From assembly GCF_900167395.1 (NCBI RefSeq), contig NZ_FUWK01000030.1, forward strand, positions 1 to 32,000: a stretch of 32,000 bases of DNA, written 5' to 3'. The position numbers and the translations under genes were made by a program. Positions 8,237-17,861 of this stretch are shown here, one piece after another. Position 1 is the first letter of the stretch. Every line of letters begins with the position of its first letter. This DNA is from Nitrosomonas europaea (GTDB lineage: Bacteria > Pseudomonadota > Gammaproteobacteria > Burkholderiales > Nitrosomonadaceae). A model generated the notes under the pieces. It saw nothing but the letters and a program-made list of their open reading frames with translations, did no database searches and was not told the DNA's origin.

Positions 8237-9322
8237 TCAGTTCATCAGAAATTGGGCGGCTTCCCGTGTCCAGCTGACGATGACCGGATCACCCACTTCA
8301 AAGAAACGCGCGCGTCCGGGTGAGGAGTTCGCCAGCAGGGCTTCCACGCGGATACCGCAATCCAGTTCGACGATATAGGTGGTGACATCGCCAACATAGA
8401 GAAAATCGAGCACTTTGCCGGTATGGGCATGGGGCAGTTCCGCATGCCTGGCCAGTGCATGTACGCTCACTTGTTCCGGGCGGATTGCCATCACGCCCTG
8501 ATCTCCGGTTTTGATACCTTGTTTGAGTGGGAGTGTGGTGGTGCCGAGCTGGTCGATTTCCAGCGTCATGTCGTTGTCGGAAACCTGTGTTACCCGTGCT
8601 GCCATCAGATTGATCTTACCGATGAAGTCGGCAATGAAGCGATTGGCCGGGTGGCTGTAAATTACGGAAGGCTCACCGATCTGCTCGACTTGCCCCTGAT
8701 TCATGACAGCAATTCGCTGCGATAGCGCCAGCGCTTCATCCTGCGAGTGAGTGACAAAAACGAAAGTGATGCCGACCTCTTTTTGCAGGCTGATCAGCTC
8801 CCGTTGCATATCTTCCCGCAGCTTTGCGTCCAAGGCGCCGAGCGGCTCATCCATCAGCAGCAGGCGTGGCCGGTTGATCAACCCGCGGGCAAATGCCACC
8901 CGCTGCTTTTGTCCGCCGGACAGTTCATGCGGAAAACGGTGTGTGAATCTGGACAGTTGTACTTCTTCCAGTGCTTTTTCTACTCGTTTTTTGATTTCGG
9001 CAGGTGTCTTTCCCGACATCTTCAATGGGAAAGCAACATTGTCCGCTACTGTCATGTGCGGAAACAGGGCGTAGCTCTGAAAGACCGTATGAATAGGACG
9101 TTTCTCGGGCGGAGTGTTGGCGATATCCTGTCCATCCAGCAATATTTGGCCGGAATCAGGTACATCGAACCCGGCAATCATGCGCAGGAGTGTCGTTTTT
9201 CCGCAGCCGGACGGACCCAGTAAGGTGAAGAGCTCGCCTGCCTCGATCGACAGATTGACGCAGTCTACTGCGGTGAAGTCGCCAAAACGCCGGGTAACGT
9301 CGCGCAACTCGAGTAACGCCAT
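8237..9322 (-). CDS. potA: Polyamine ABC transporter ATP-binding protein
   Basis: Walker A GPSGCGKTT, signature LSGGQKQRVA, Walker B LLLMDEPLGALD, and a C-terminal TOBE-like regulatory domain. Confidence 0.9.
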   Translation of the reverse strand: MALLELRDVTRRFGDFTAVDCVNLSIEAGELFTLLGPSGCGKTTLLRMIAGFDVPDSGQILLDGQDIANTPPEKRPIHTVFQSYALFPHMTVADNVAFPLKMSGKTPAEIKKRVEKALEEVQLSRFTHRFPHELSGGQKQRVAFARGLINRPRLLLMDEPLGALDAKLREDMQRELISLQKEVGITFVFVTHSQDEALALSQRIAVMNQGQVEQIGEPSVIYSHPANRFIADFIGKINLMAARVTQVSDNDMTLEIDQLGTTTLPLKQGIKTGDQGVMAIRPEQVSVHALARHAELPHAHTGKVLDFLYVGDVTTYIVELDCGIRVEALLANSSPGRARFFEVGDPVIVSWTREAAQFLMN

Positions 9323-9437
9323 GACTTTATTCCAAAAAGCCGGATTTTAACAAATTTGATTCTGCCGGGTTGGGAAACTCTGAATGCCTTTATATGAATG
9401 ACAGTAAAGACTGGGATTCGGAGTTTCTCAGCCTCGT

Positions 9438-10952
9438 TCAGAGGTATATCTGGGCAAGTAGTAGTCCTGCCAGTAACAGTGCAAGCAACATCAGCAATCT
9501 GCTTTGCCGTTTCTCCTGTGCGACCAGTTGGGCCAGTCTGTCTTCCAGATTCTGGGCGCGTTCCTGGCTCAGGTTGTAGTGCAGCAGGCGGGGAAACTGC
9601 GGCAGAATGACTGCCCAGTTGGTTGCTTCCTTCTGGAGATGGGTAACCAGCCCGCGCAGGCCGACCTGCTCAGCCATCCAGTTTTCCAGAAAGGGTTTGG
9701 CGGTTTTCCAGAGATCGAGATCCGGGTCCAGATCACGACCCAGTCCTTCGATATTGAGTAAGGTTTTCTGCAGCAGAACGAGCTGGGGCTGGATTTCCAC
9801 GTTGAACTGGCGCGAAGCCTGAAACAGACGCAGCAGCACACGGCCAAAATAGATTTCTTTCAGCGGCCGGTCGAAAATCGGTTCACAGACGGCACGAATA
9901 GCAGATTCGAAGTCATCCACGCGCGTATTTCTCGGTGCCCAACCTGCTTCAATATGTGTTTGCGCCACACGACGGTAATCGCGGCGGAAAAAAGCCAGGA
10001 AATTCTGTGCCAGGTAGTTTTTATCCTGATCACTCAGCGAGCCCATAATGCCGAAATCCACGGCGATGTAGCGCCCGTCACTGCCAACGAAGATATTGCC
10101 AGGATGCATGTCGGCATGGAAATAGCCATCTCTGAATACCTGAGTGAAGAATATCTCCACTCCCATGCGGGCAAGTTGAGGAATATCGATTCCCTGTGTG
10201 CGCAACGAGGCGACATGGCTGATGGGAGTGCCAACGACGCGTTCCATCACCATGACTTCCGTGTGGCAGTAATCCCAGTACACTTCCGGTACCAGCAGTA
10301 GAGGAGAATCCAGAAAATTACGCCGTAACTGGCTGCAGTTGGCTGCTTCCCGGATCAGGTCGAGCTCATCTCCCAGATGCCGTGCGAATTCTGCCACCAC
10401 CTCACGCAGTTTCAGCCGTTTACCATCCGGCCAGATGGATTCGAGCAACCAGGCGCCGGTTTCCATCAGTGCCACATCATGTGCGATGACCGGCGCGATG
10501 GTCGGCCGCAGGATCTTGACAGCAGCGCGTGTGCCATCATGCAGTACCGCATAGTGCACCTGGGCAACCGATGCACTGGCGACCGGTTTGATATCGAATT
10601 CGAGAAAAACCTCATGAACCGGTCTGCCGTAGACGGTTTCCAGAATTTGGACTGCCTGCTCCGAAGGGAAGGGGGGTACCCGATCCTGCAGCAGTGCCAG
10701 TTCCTCGGCAAAATCCTGGGCAAGTAAATCCCGGCGAGTGGACAGCATCTGTCCAAACTTGATGAAAATAGGCCCTAGTGTTTCCAGCGCCAGACGCAAC
10801 CTGACCGCGCGCGGCAGCTGGAGCCGTGAGCGGAATGGCAGCAAAGCCGAGAATACCTTGAGTATGCGCAGGCGAACTTGAGTGAACAGGATTTCATCCA
10901 GACCGAAACGAAAAGCGATCAGGATGATTTTGAGCAGGCGGAAGAAACGCAT
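9438..10952 (-). CDS. ubiB: Ubiquinone biosynthesis regulatory kinase-like protein UbiB (ABC1/ADCK family)
   Basis: Contains [20 protein letters not shown].., [38 protein letters not shown] and a C-terminal TM segment. Confidence 0.95.
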   Translation of the reverse strand: MRFFRLLKIILIAFRFGLDEILFTQVRLRILKVFSALLPFRSRLQLPRAVRLRLALETLGPIFIKFGQMLSTRRDLLAQDFAEELALLQDRVPPFPSEQAVQILETVYGRPVHEVFLEFDIKPVASASVAQVHYAVLHDGTRAAVKILRPTIAPVIAHDVALMETGAWLLESIWPDGKRLKLREVVAEFARHLGDELDLIREAANCSQLRRNFLDSPLLLVPEVYWDYCHTEVMVMERVVGTPISHVASLRTQGIDIPQLARMGVEIFFTQVFRDGYFHADMHPGNIFVGSDGRYIAVDFGIMGSLSDQDKNYLAQNFLAFFRRDYRRVAQTHIEAGWAPRNTRVDDFESAIRAVCEPIFDRPLKEIYFGRVLLRLFQASRQFNVEIQPQLVLLQKTLLNIEGLGRDLDPDLDLWKTAKPFLENWMAEQVGLRGLVTHLQKEATNWAVILPQFPRLLHYNLSQERAQNLEDRLAQLVAQEKRQSRLLMLLALLLAGLLLAQIYL

Positions 10953-11041
10953 GAGGCAGTTGACCGGTCAGTGAAATTACCGGCAAACGAGGCCGGTGTC
11001 AGTGTGGCACGCAGCACAGCACTGCGTCATACGATTCTCGG

Positions 11042-11674
11042 TCATCGGCCAGTCCGGGGCAGATTGCCCGCAATCGAAGAAAACGATGGAACGAGTGCGG
11101 TAATCCGCTTCTCGAGTCGTAAAATCCGCCGCTGCAGTGATTCAACCTCGGAAGCAAGCTGATGGAACCGATTTCTGCTCGCGGTTACCGGCTGCTCCTC
11201 GCTCAGGAATTCACCCAGTGCTCGCGACAGATTGCGGATGCTTCCCAGATGCCAGCGTACCAGCTCCTGTCCGGTCAAGGTTGCCCGCCGGGCAAGCACA
11301 TCTCCCATGACCGAGCTCAGATTTTCTTCGATTCCCGCCTGAAAGATCTTGCCCATGTAAAGCAGAGTATCTGCCAGTTCCGGATCACCGCAGATGATGA
11401 TTTTATCGAACGCGGCCATCTCGCCGGAAGCAATGCGGGGGATGAGCTCGGCCGCTATGTCGAGAATGACCGCAGCTTGCGTATCTTTGGCGGCTGTCGT
11501 GAAATGGCCGTCCTGCGTAATCGTGACAGACAGGCTGGCCAGAGAGTCGATACGGAAACATACGGTTTCATTCGCATGAGTCTGTAACCGCTGTTTCACC
11601 TGGCTTGATTTATTGGCCAGACGATTCAGACAGCCAGCCAGGGGGTAAGTCAATAGTGAAGACTGAGTGATCAT
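11042..11674 (-). CDS. ubiJ: SCP2-domain ubiquinone biosynthesis accessory factor UbiJ (YigP-like)
   Basis: The gene sits immediately upstream of ubiB and is ~200 aa. It has an SCP2-like N-domain (..GDPELADTLLYMGKIF..) and a C-terminal amphipathic helix (VESLQRRILRLEKRI), as in E. coli UbiJ. Confidence 0.7.
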   Translation of the reverse strand: MITQSSLLTYPLAGCLNRLANKSSQVKQRLQTHANETVCFRIDSLASLSVTITQDGHFTTAAKDTQAAVILDIAAELIPRIASGEMAAFDKIIICGDPELADTLLYMGKIFQAGIEENLSSVMGDVLARRATLTGQELVRWHLGSIRNLSRALGEFLSEEQPVTASRNRFHQLASEVESLQRRILRLEKRITALVPSFSSIAGNLPRTGR

Positions 11675-11725
11675 TACAGAAACGGATTGTCAACATGGCC
11701 TGCTATCAGTGCAGGGCGGGTATGC

Positions 11726-11761
11726 CTGCCGCCGGATGGTTGAGAGTACATCCGGTGGCAG
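11726..11761. repeat. GC-rich 13-bp hairpin abutting the stop of the MatP-like gene
   Basis: CTGCCGCCGGATG (11726-11738) pairs with CATCCGGTGGCAG (11749-11761). There is one G:T position and a 10-nt loop. No U-tract on either strand. Confidence 0.7.
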
Positions 11762-11762
11762 A

Positions 11763-12197
11763 TCAGCTGGTCAGATTATAGCGCGATTTGGCGGGTGGAC
11801 AGGCGGTTGCATCATTGCCGCTCAACCGGTTGACGATGACTTCAGACAGGGTGAGCTGCTCCTGCAGCGCGATTTCGGAAAGAATTTTCCACGCGCGATG
11901 GGTCACGCTGATGGTTTTATGCGGCTCAGCAGCGTATCGCAATCTTGTTTCCTGCCGGTCTTTGGCTATACAGATAGCCTGTTTGATTTCTGCCCATTGG
12001 CTTTCATTCAGCCACTTCTGGCACCACGCATTGAAACTGGCCGGGTCGGTCCTGGCCTGCAGATATTCCTGCCCGGCGATCGCCCGCTGAGATTCGGTTT
12101 CATTGAGCCACGCGTGGTTTTGATTCAGCTGATTATCGATGAAGCTGATAGCTGCATTTCTGTCCTGTTGCCGGATGACGTAAGTGTGGTTTGTCAT
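11763..12197 (-). CDS. Small DNA-binding protein, MatP-like helical domain plus ribbon-helix-helix; lacks the MatP C-terminal coiled-coil
   Basis: By-eye alignment to E. coli MatP (from memory): NAWCQKWLNESQWAEIKQAICIAKDR...HKTISVTHRAWKILSEIALQEQLTLSEVIVNRL versus [26 protein letters not shown]...[33 protein letters not shown]. The CDS itself is well supported: it is a 144-aa ORF with an AT-rich upstream region. Confidence 0.4.
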   Translation of the reverse strand: MTNHTYVIRQQDRNAAISFIDNQLNQNHAWLNETESQRAIAGQEYLQARTDPASFNAWCQKWLNESQWAEIKQAICIAKDRQETRLRYAAEPHKTISVTHRAWKILSEIALQEQLTLSEVIVNRLSGNDATACPPAKSRYNLTS

Positions 12198-12509
12198 TTT
12201 TATTTTTGCTCAACTTGTTGCTCGAATTTCCGAAATATAAATAACGTCTTACGAGTGAGGATATTACAAGGGAACGTACCTTGGTCGCAACGTGAATTCC
12301 TGTCGTTCAGACGCCTGCCTGATTTCTTTTTTCGCCGTTATGTGCTGCCATTTTTCCGGTTTTCAGAGCGGGGAGGATGGAAATGGCTGTCATTGCGTAT
12401 TGTACCCGGCTTTGGAATCAGCAGAAATGAAGCCGGTTTATCAATCTGTTTGAAATTACATACTTGTTTTGCTGCAGTAATCTGTTGCAAATTTAAGACA
12501 GGAGCCCTT

Positions 12510-14723
12510 ATGAGCACTGACCTCGAGCAATTTTACGAGATATTTTTTGAGGAAGCAGGTGAATTGCTGGCAGAAATGGAAACACGCCTGCTGAGGCTGG
12601 ATATTCTGTCGCCTGATCCGGAAGATCTGAATGCGATATTTCGTGTGGCCCATTCCATCAAAGGTGGAGCGGGAACCTTCGGTTTTACCGATATGGCAGA
12701 ACTCACCCACGTGCTGGAATCCCTGCTGGACAGATTGCGCAGGAATGAGCTCGAACTGCGCGCTGAAATGGTGGATGCTTTCCTGCATGCCCGGGACGTG
12801 CTGAAACACCAGCTCGACGGCCACAAGGGCAACGGTTCAGCCGATCCGGCGGAAGTGGAAGCGGTCAATCGCAAACTGAAAGAGCTGGAGAGGGATACCG
12901 GCAGCAGTCATACGCCGTCTGAATGTCTGTCTGAAACCATCGAATCTGCATCGGTGGAAGAATCTGCCAGCGCTGTCGGTGCTGCTGTACCGGTCGCTGT
13001 TGCAGAACTGTCCGTGGCAGTAGCTCAACCGGTTTCCGTTCCGGAAAATGCAGCCACCTACCGGATCGAATTTGATTGCACGAACCTTGCCCGGCCGGTC
13101 ATGGAAAAACTGCTGGCCGATCTCTCACGGCAGGGGCAACTGAAAAACCTGACCGAACCGGGCAATGAAACGGTCTGTACATTGCAGCTTTCCACGCAGA
13201 TCAGTGAGGAAGATGTCTGGGAATCGCTGGCATTTTTAGTGGATCCGACCAGCTTGTCCATCGAGATCGCTGGAAAAATTGCGGATGATTCGCCATTGGC
13301 TGCAGTGGTTCCCGAACCGGTGATCGAATGTGAACAGAAACACCCTCCTGCCATCGATCAGACAGCTGCAACAGTTGTTGAGGTGCAGGAGGAGAAAGAA
13401 GAAACCATAACACCCGTCCTGTCCAATGCTGCCAGTCCTGTTCCTGTCAGTCTCGTGAGTTCCGGGGCGAAGCAACCCGCAGGAGCAACTGCCGGCGCAC
13501 CGCGCTCGAAATCATCGGCAGAGCAGTCCTCAGCAAACAGCGAATCTTCTTCCATTCGTGTCAGTGTCGAGAAAGTGGATCAGATGATCAATCTGGTAGG
13601 TGAGCTGGTCATTACCCAGGCCATGCTGGCGCAAACTGCCAGTCAGATCGATCCGGTCATTTTCGAAAAACTGCTCAACGGCCTCAACCAGCTCGAACGT
13701 AATACGCGCGACCTGCAGGAAGCTGTCATGTCGATCCGTATGATGCCGATCAGTTTCGTCTTCAGCCGATTCCCGCGTGTAGTGAGAGATGTCGCTTCCA
13801 AGCTCGGCAAGCAGGTCGATCTCAAAACCGTAGGTGAAGGTACCGAACTGGATAAAGGGCTGATTGAAAAAATTACCGATCCGCTGACGCATCTCATCCG
13901 CAACAGTCTCGATCACGGTATCGAAACACCGGAAAAAAGAAGGGAGCTGGGTAAACCGGCGCGCGGCACGATTACCCTGCGTGCTTCTCACCAGGGGGGA
14001 AGCGTCATCATCGAGGTGGCGGATGACGGCGGCGGACTGAACCGGGAGAAAATCCTGGCCAAGGCACAAAGCCGTAGCCTGCCTGTCAACGAAAACATGA
14101 CCGATCAGGAAGTGTGGATGCTGATTTTCGAAGCTGGCTTCTCCACTGCCGATGTCGTGACGGATGTCTCCGGTCGTGGTGTGGGCATGGATGTGGTCAA
14201 ACGCAATATCGAAGGGCTTGGCGGACGGGTGGAAATCGATTCGATTACCGGACAGGGCACCCGGATCTCGATCCGTCTGCCGCTGACGCTCGCCATATTG
14301 GATGGATTGTCGGTTGCTGTGGGTGATCAGATGTTCATCATCCCGCTGACCTATATTACCGAATCACTCAAACCTGCCGCAGAGGATATCCGCACCATAC
14401 AAGGTCAGGGGCGCGTGGTACAGGTGCGCGGAGAATACTTGCCGGTGATTGCCCTGCATGAAATTTTCAATCTGGAACCGACTGTCAAAAATATCCACGA
14501 GGGCATTCTGGTGATCCTCGATGCCGAAGGCAGCAAGGCTGCCATGTTTGTCGATACGCTGGTCGGCCAGCATCAGGTGGTGATCAAGAGTCTGGAAAGC
14601 AACTATCGCCGCGTAGCGGGAGTTTCGGGTGCCACTATCATGGGCGATGGCAGTGTTGCTCTGATCCTCGACGCTGTGGGACTGGTCAATGTCACAAAAC
14701 AGAGAATGATCCATGCAGCGTAA
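12510..14723 (+). CDS. cheA: Chemotaxis histidine kinase CheA (P1 HPt, P2, dimerisation, HATPase, CheW-like P5)
   Basis: AGGAG lies 6 nt before ATG 12510. Motifs present: the HPt motif FRVAHSIKGGAGTFGF (His codon 12651-12653), the N-box HLIRNSLDHGIE, the G-boxes DDGGGL / GRGVGMDVV, and a C-terminal CheW-like domain. Confidence 0.95.
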   Translation: MSTDLEQFYEIFFEEAGELLAEMETRLLRLDILSPDPEDLNAIFRVAHSIKGGAGTFGFTDMAELTHVLESLLDRLRRNELELRAEMVDAFLHARDVLKHQLDGHKGNGSADPAEVEAVNRKLKELERDTGSSHTPSECLSETIESASVEESASAVGAAVPVAVAELSVAVAQPVSVPENAATYRIEFDCTNLARPVMEKLLADLSRQGQLKNLTEPGNETVCTLQLSTQISEEDVWESLAFLVDPTSLSIEIAGKIADDSPLAAVVPEPVIECEQKHPPAIDQTAATVVEVQEEKEETITPVLSNAASPVPVSLVSSGAKQPAGATAGAPRSKSSAEQSSANSESSSIRVSVEKVDQMINLVGELVITQAMLAQTASQIDPVIFEKLLNGLNQLERNTRDLQEAVMSIRMMPISFVFSRFPRVVRDVASKLGKQVDLKTVGEGTELDKGLIEKITDPLTHLIRNSLDHGIETPEKRRELGKPARGTITLRASHQGGSVIIEVADDGGGLNREKILAKAQSRSLPVNENMTDQEVWMLIFEAGFSTADVVTDVSGRGVGMDVVKRNIEGLGGRVEIDSITGQGTRISIRLPLTLAILDGLSVAVGDQMFIIPLTYITESLKPAAEDIRTIQGQGRVVQVRGEYLPVIALHEIFNLEPTVKNIHEGILVILDAEGSKAAMFVDTLVGQHQVVIKSLESNYRRVAGVSGATIMGDGSVALILDAVGLVNVTKQRMIHAA

Positions 14724-14797
14724 TAAATTGATCAAATTTCTGTGGGGAAGGCCGTTAAAACTGCTACCCGATTGTGCACATTACTGAGGAGCAAACC

Positions 14798-15307
14798 ATG
14801 TTGTTGACACAAGCCGCAGCCGCCGGTGAATCGCTTAACCCGGTTGGAAATCTTGCCAGCAGTGAATTCCTGATTTTTCGCCTGGGGAAAGAGGAATACG
14901 GTATCGAGATACTCAAAGTCCAGGAAATACGCGGATACGACGCCATCACCCGTATTGCCAACGCCCCCGAATTCATCAAAGGGGTCATCAATCTGCGCGG
15001 TGTCATCGTCCCGATCGTCGATATGCGTATCAAATTCAATCTGGGTGAGGCCCTCTACGATCAGTTCACCGTGGTCATCATTCTGAATCTGTCCGGGCGT
15101 GTCATCGGCATCGTGGTGGATGGTGTATCCGATGTGATCAATCTGGATACCGAACATTTGCGCCCCGCCCCGGAGTTTGGCGGGGTGATCGATACCGAAT
15201 ACATCATCGGACTTGGCACCATGGAAGAACGCATGCTGATTCTGGTGGATATCGAGAAGCTCATGAGCAGTTCGGAAATGGGTCTGCTGGAACAGACAGG
15301 CAAATAG
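14798..15307 (+). CDS. cheW: Chemotaxis coupling protein CheW
   Basis: GAGGAG lies 6 nt before ATG 14798. The body, [39 protein letters not shown].., is typical CheW. Confidence 0.95.
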   Translation: MLLTQAAAAGESLNPVGNLASSEFLIFRLGKEEYGIEILKVQEIRGYDAITRIANAPEFIKGVINLRGVIVPIVDMRIKFNLGEALYDQFTVVIILNLSGRVIGIVVDGVSDVINLDTEHLRPAPEFGGVIDTEYIIGLGTMEERMLILVDIEKLMSSSEMGLLEQTGK

Positions 15308-15380
15308 TTGTAGAAATCAGTGGCTGTGACGGGTGCACAGTATTTATTTTGGGAAACAAGTTACTTTATCGGGAGCAGAA

Positions 15381-17639
15381 ATGTTGCAGAACATGACGAT
15401 CAAATCACGGCTGATTTTTATAGTCGGCCTGCTGTCTTTGGCACTGATCAGTGTGGGATCCGTCGGGTTGTACGGCCTGTATCAATCCAAGACAAAGCTG
15501 GAAACGATTTATCAGGATAGGGTGGTGGTGCTTGGTCATTTCTCGCAAATACTGGACAGCCTGCTGCAAGTGCGCATGTATGCGTTACTGGTAACCAATT
15601 TGCGCGATACCGGCGTTGCCAGGCAGCGTGCCGCGCAGGTAGTCGACGAGGATGCCAAAATCAACGAATTGTGGCGAAAATTCACCCAGACCTACATGAC
15701 CCCGGAAGAACAGTCACTGGCCGGACGTTTTACTGAACAATGGAAGGTTTACCAGGCAGCGCGCAACCAGACGCTCAATCATGCGATCAATGGCAATTTC
15801 GATGCAGCGGTAGAAGTTACCCTGCAGGACGCTGGCCCCAAATATGAGGCAGTACATGGCTCATTGATGCAACTGATCGGTCTGCAGGAAAGCGTGACGG
15901 CACAGGAATATGAACAGTTACAGGCAATGACTTCTATTATTTTTGCCACCACGATTACCCTGACCGTGCTGGGAATTCTGCTGGCGGGCGGGGTGGGATT
16001 CGTGCTGATCCGTGGCGTCAGCCGTTCGATCAATCAGGCGATGGAGGTAGCGGATGGCATTGCCAACGGCCGGCTGGATCAGCGCATCGAAGTGACTGGC
16101 CGTGATGAAATTTCCAGGTTGCTGCAATCGATGACGAAGATGGTGGAAGTGCTGAACGGTTTCATGTCTGCCCAGCAAAAAATGAGTCAGCAGCATGACG
16201 CCGGGGCGATCAGTTACCGTATTCCGGCAAGTCAGTTTCCCGGCAGTTACGGTGAAATAGCCAATTCGATCAATGAACTGGTGAAAGCGCACATCGCCGT
16301 CAAAATGCGGGTGGTTGAAGTCGTTGCACGCTATGCGCAGGGTGATCTATCAGTGGATATGGACAGGTTACCTGGTGAGAAGGCAAAAGTTACGGAAACG
16401 ATGGATAAGGTCAAAGCCAGTTTGCAGGCGATCAACGGTGAAATCAAATACCTGGTGGAAGGGGCGACGGCGGGTGATTTTTCCCGGCGTGGCAAGGCCG
16501 ATAAATACCAGCATGATTTCCATGCCATGGTTAGCAACCTCAACCAGTTGATGCAGACTTGCGAAACTAGTCTGGAGGATGTTATCCGTATCATGGATGC
16601 GCTGGCGGAGGGTGATCTGACGCAGAAGATCACACGAGAGTACCAGGGAATGTTTGCCACGATGAAGGATGATGCCAATATCACCGTGGGACAGCTTGCC
16701 AGTATCGTCAGACAGATCAAGGATGCAACCGGACTGATTTCCACCGCATCGAAAGAGATTGCCGACGGTAATTCGGATCTTTCACAACGCACGGAAGAGC
16801 AGGCGGCCAATCTGGAAGAAACTGCTGCCAGCATGGAAGAGCTGACTTCGACGGTGAAACAGAATGCGGACAATGCCCGTCAGGCCAACCAGCTGGCGGC
16901 TTCGGCTTCCGATGTGGCCGTGAAAGGCGGCGAGGTCGTCAGTCAGGTGGTACAGACCATGAGCGCGATCAACGACAGTTCCAAGAAGATCGTCGACATC
17001 ATCAGTGTGATCGACGGCATTGCCTTCCAGACCAATATTCTGGCACTGAATGCGGCGGTGGAAGCGGCGCGTGCCGGTGAACAGGGACGCGGGTTTGCCG
17101 TGGTGGCAACCGAAGTACGCACGCTGGCACAACGCTCTGCGGCAGCGGCGCGGGAAATCAAGGAACTGATCAGCAATTCGGTGCACAAGGTGGAAGATGG
17201 CACCCAGCTGGTTGATCAGGCCGGCAGGACGATGGAAGAAGTGGTGCTATCAGTCAAGCGCGTGACGGACATCATGGGCGAGATTTCGGCTGCTTCGCAG
17301 GAACAGAGTCTGGGAATCGAACAGGTCAATCAGGCCATTTCACAAATGGACGAGATCACGCAACAGAATGCGGCGCTGGTGGAAGAAGCGGCTGCGGCTT
17401 CCGAATCCATGCGCGAACAGGCGGATCAACTATCCCGTGCAGTGGCAGCATTCAAGCTCGAGCACGGAATGGCTGCAGCTCATACGGACAGCCAGCCATT
17501 CGTCGAGCGGCGCGGCCCCAACCGGGCAACCAACGTCGAACGCCTGCCGCAACAAGTAAAAGGCCACAGGAAAACTGCTTCCCCGGGTGCATCCTCCTCC
17601 ATTCCAACCGGTACGGATGGTGACTGGGAAGAGTTCTGA
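15381..17639 (+). CDS. Methyl-accepting chemotaxis protein: periplasmic four-helix-bundle (TarH-like) sensor, TM2, HAMP plus extra HAMP-like repeats, MA signalling domain, C-terminal DWEEF
   Basis: GGGAG precedes ATG 15381. TM1 is [24 protein letters not shown] and TM2 is [25 protein letters not shown]. The hairpin tip is [34 protein letters not shown]. Confidence 0.9.
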   Translation: MLQNMTIKSRLIFIVGLLSLALISVGSVGLYGLYQSKTKLETIYQDRVVVLGHFSQILDSLLQVRMYALLVTNLRDTGVARQRAAQVVDEDAKINELWRKFTQTYMTPEEQSLAGRFTEQWKVYQAARNQTLNHAINGNFDAAVEVTLQDAGPKYEAVHGSLMQLIGLQESVTAQEYEQLQAMTSIIFATTITLTVLGILLAGGVGFVLIRGVSRSINQAMEVADGIANGRLDQRIEVTGRDEISRLLQSMTKMVEVLNGFMSAQQKMSQQHDAGAISYRIPASQFPGSYGEIANSINELVKAHIAVKMRVVEVVARYAQGDLSVDMDRLPGEKAKVTETMDKVKASLQAINGEIKYLVEGATAGDFSRRGKADKYQHDFHAMVSNLNQLMQTCETSLEDVIRIMDALAEGDLTQKITREYQGMFATMKDDANITVGQLASIVRQIKDATGLISTASKEIADGNSDLSQRTEEQAANLEETAASMEELTSTVKQNADNARQANQLAASASDVAVKGGEVVSQVVQTMSAINDSSKKIVDIISVIDGIAFQTNILALNAAVEAARAGEQGRGFAVVATEVRTLAQRSAAAAREIKELISNSVHKVEDGTQLVDQAGRTMEEVVLSVKRVTDIMGEISAASQEQSLGIEQVNQAISQMDEITQQNAALVEEAAAASESMREQADQLSRAVAAFKLEHGMAAAHTDSQPFVERRGPNRATNVERLPQQVKGHRKTASPGASSSIPTGTDGDWEEF
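16695..17552 (+). repeat. Copy 1 of a ~860-nt near-identical block shared by the two mcp genes (offset 2556 nt)
   Basis: From ..CTTGCCAGTATCGTCAGACAGATCAAGG the two genes align without gaps. Only scattered, mostly synonymous differences occur, up to ..GTCGAACGCCTGCCGCAA. Confidence 0.9.
17622..17636 (+). other. C-terminal pentapeptide DWEEF (xWxxF CheR/CheB tether motif)
   Basis: The last five codons before TGA 17637-17639 are GAC TGG GAA GAG TTC. Confidence 0.75.
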
Positions 17640-17789
17640 AACAGAATAAAACATTCGTCACTACAAAATAATTTGAGCATGAAGCAGTCCGGTAGCAGCA
17701 GCACTGGATTGCCACGTGACTACATGACTTGCAAAGACAAAATTTTGAATTGTACAGCCTGCAATATTTTTTATATGAAGGAGGAGAAC

Positions 17790-17816
17790 GCCAATCAATC
17801 CGGCTGATGCCGATAA
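17790..17816 (+). promoter_or_regulatory. Candidate sigma-28 (FliA) promoter: exact -10 GCCGATAA, poor -35
   Basis: GCCGATAA sits at 17809-17816, 45 nt upstream of the Aer-like mcp ATG. The expected TAAA at N15 is GCCA, and the nearest TCAA (17795-17798) is only 10 nt away. Confidence 0.25.
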
Positions 17817-17861
17817 AACAGTATTTCTGTCAATAACGTAACTTACCAAGAAAGCGAGATC

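Noticed and set aside
11005-11020. TGGCAC, a sigma-54 -24-like element, in the ubiB-ubiJ spacer.
   Set aside because: The -12 position reads ACAG rather than TTGC. There is also no plus-strand gene downstream to serve.
12334-12341. GCCGTTAT, a FliA -10-like octamer upstream of cheA.
   Set aside because: It has two mismatches to GCCGATAA, including the conserved A at position 5. The N15 upstream position has CTGC instead of TAAA.
11667-12509. The listed 1018-aa ORF extends cheA 281 codons upstream of ATG 12510.
   Set aside because: The extension runs antisense through the ubiJ start and the whole MatP-like gene, then across the AT-rich intergenic region. It has no SD and looks like no CheA N-terminus. 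A good AGGAG sits 6 nt before ATG 12510, and the HPt domain begins right there.
12914-12923. An exact Neisseria-type DNA uptake sequence, GCCGTCTGAA, inside cheA.
   Set aside because: It occurs once in 32 kb, within coding sequence. DUS-bearing genomes carry roughly one copy per kb, so a lone 10-mer is compatible with chance.
15326-15338. GTGACGGGTGCAC and other GTGAC-containing sites, checked as possible matS (GTGACRNYGTCAC) targets for the MatP-like protein.
   Set aside because: None has the second half-site GTCAC. I saw no matS-like palindrome anywhere in the window.
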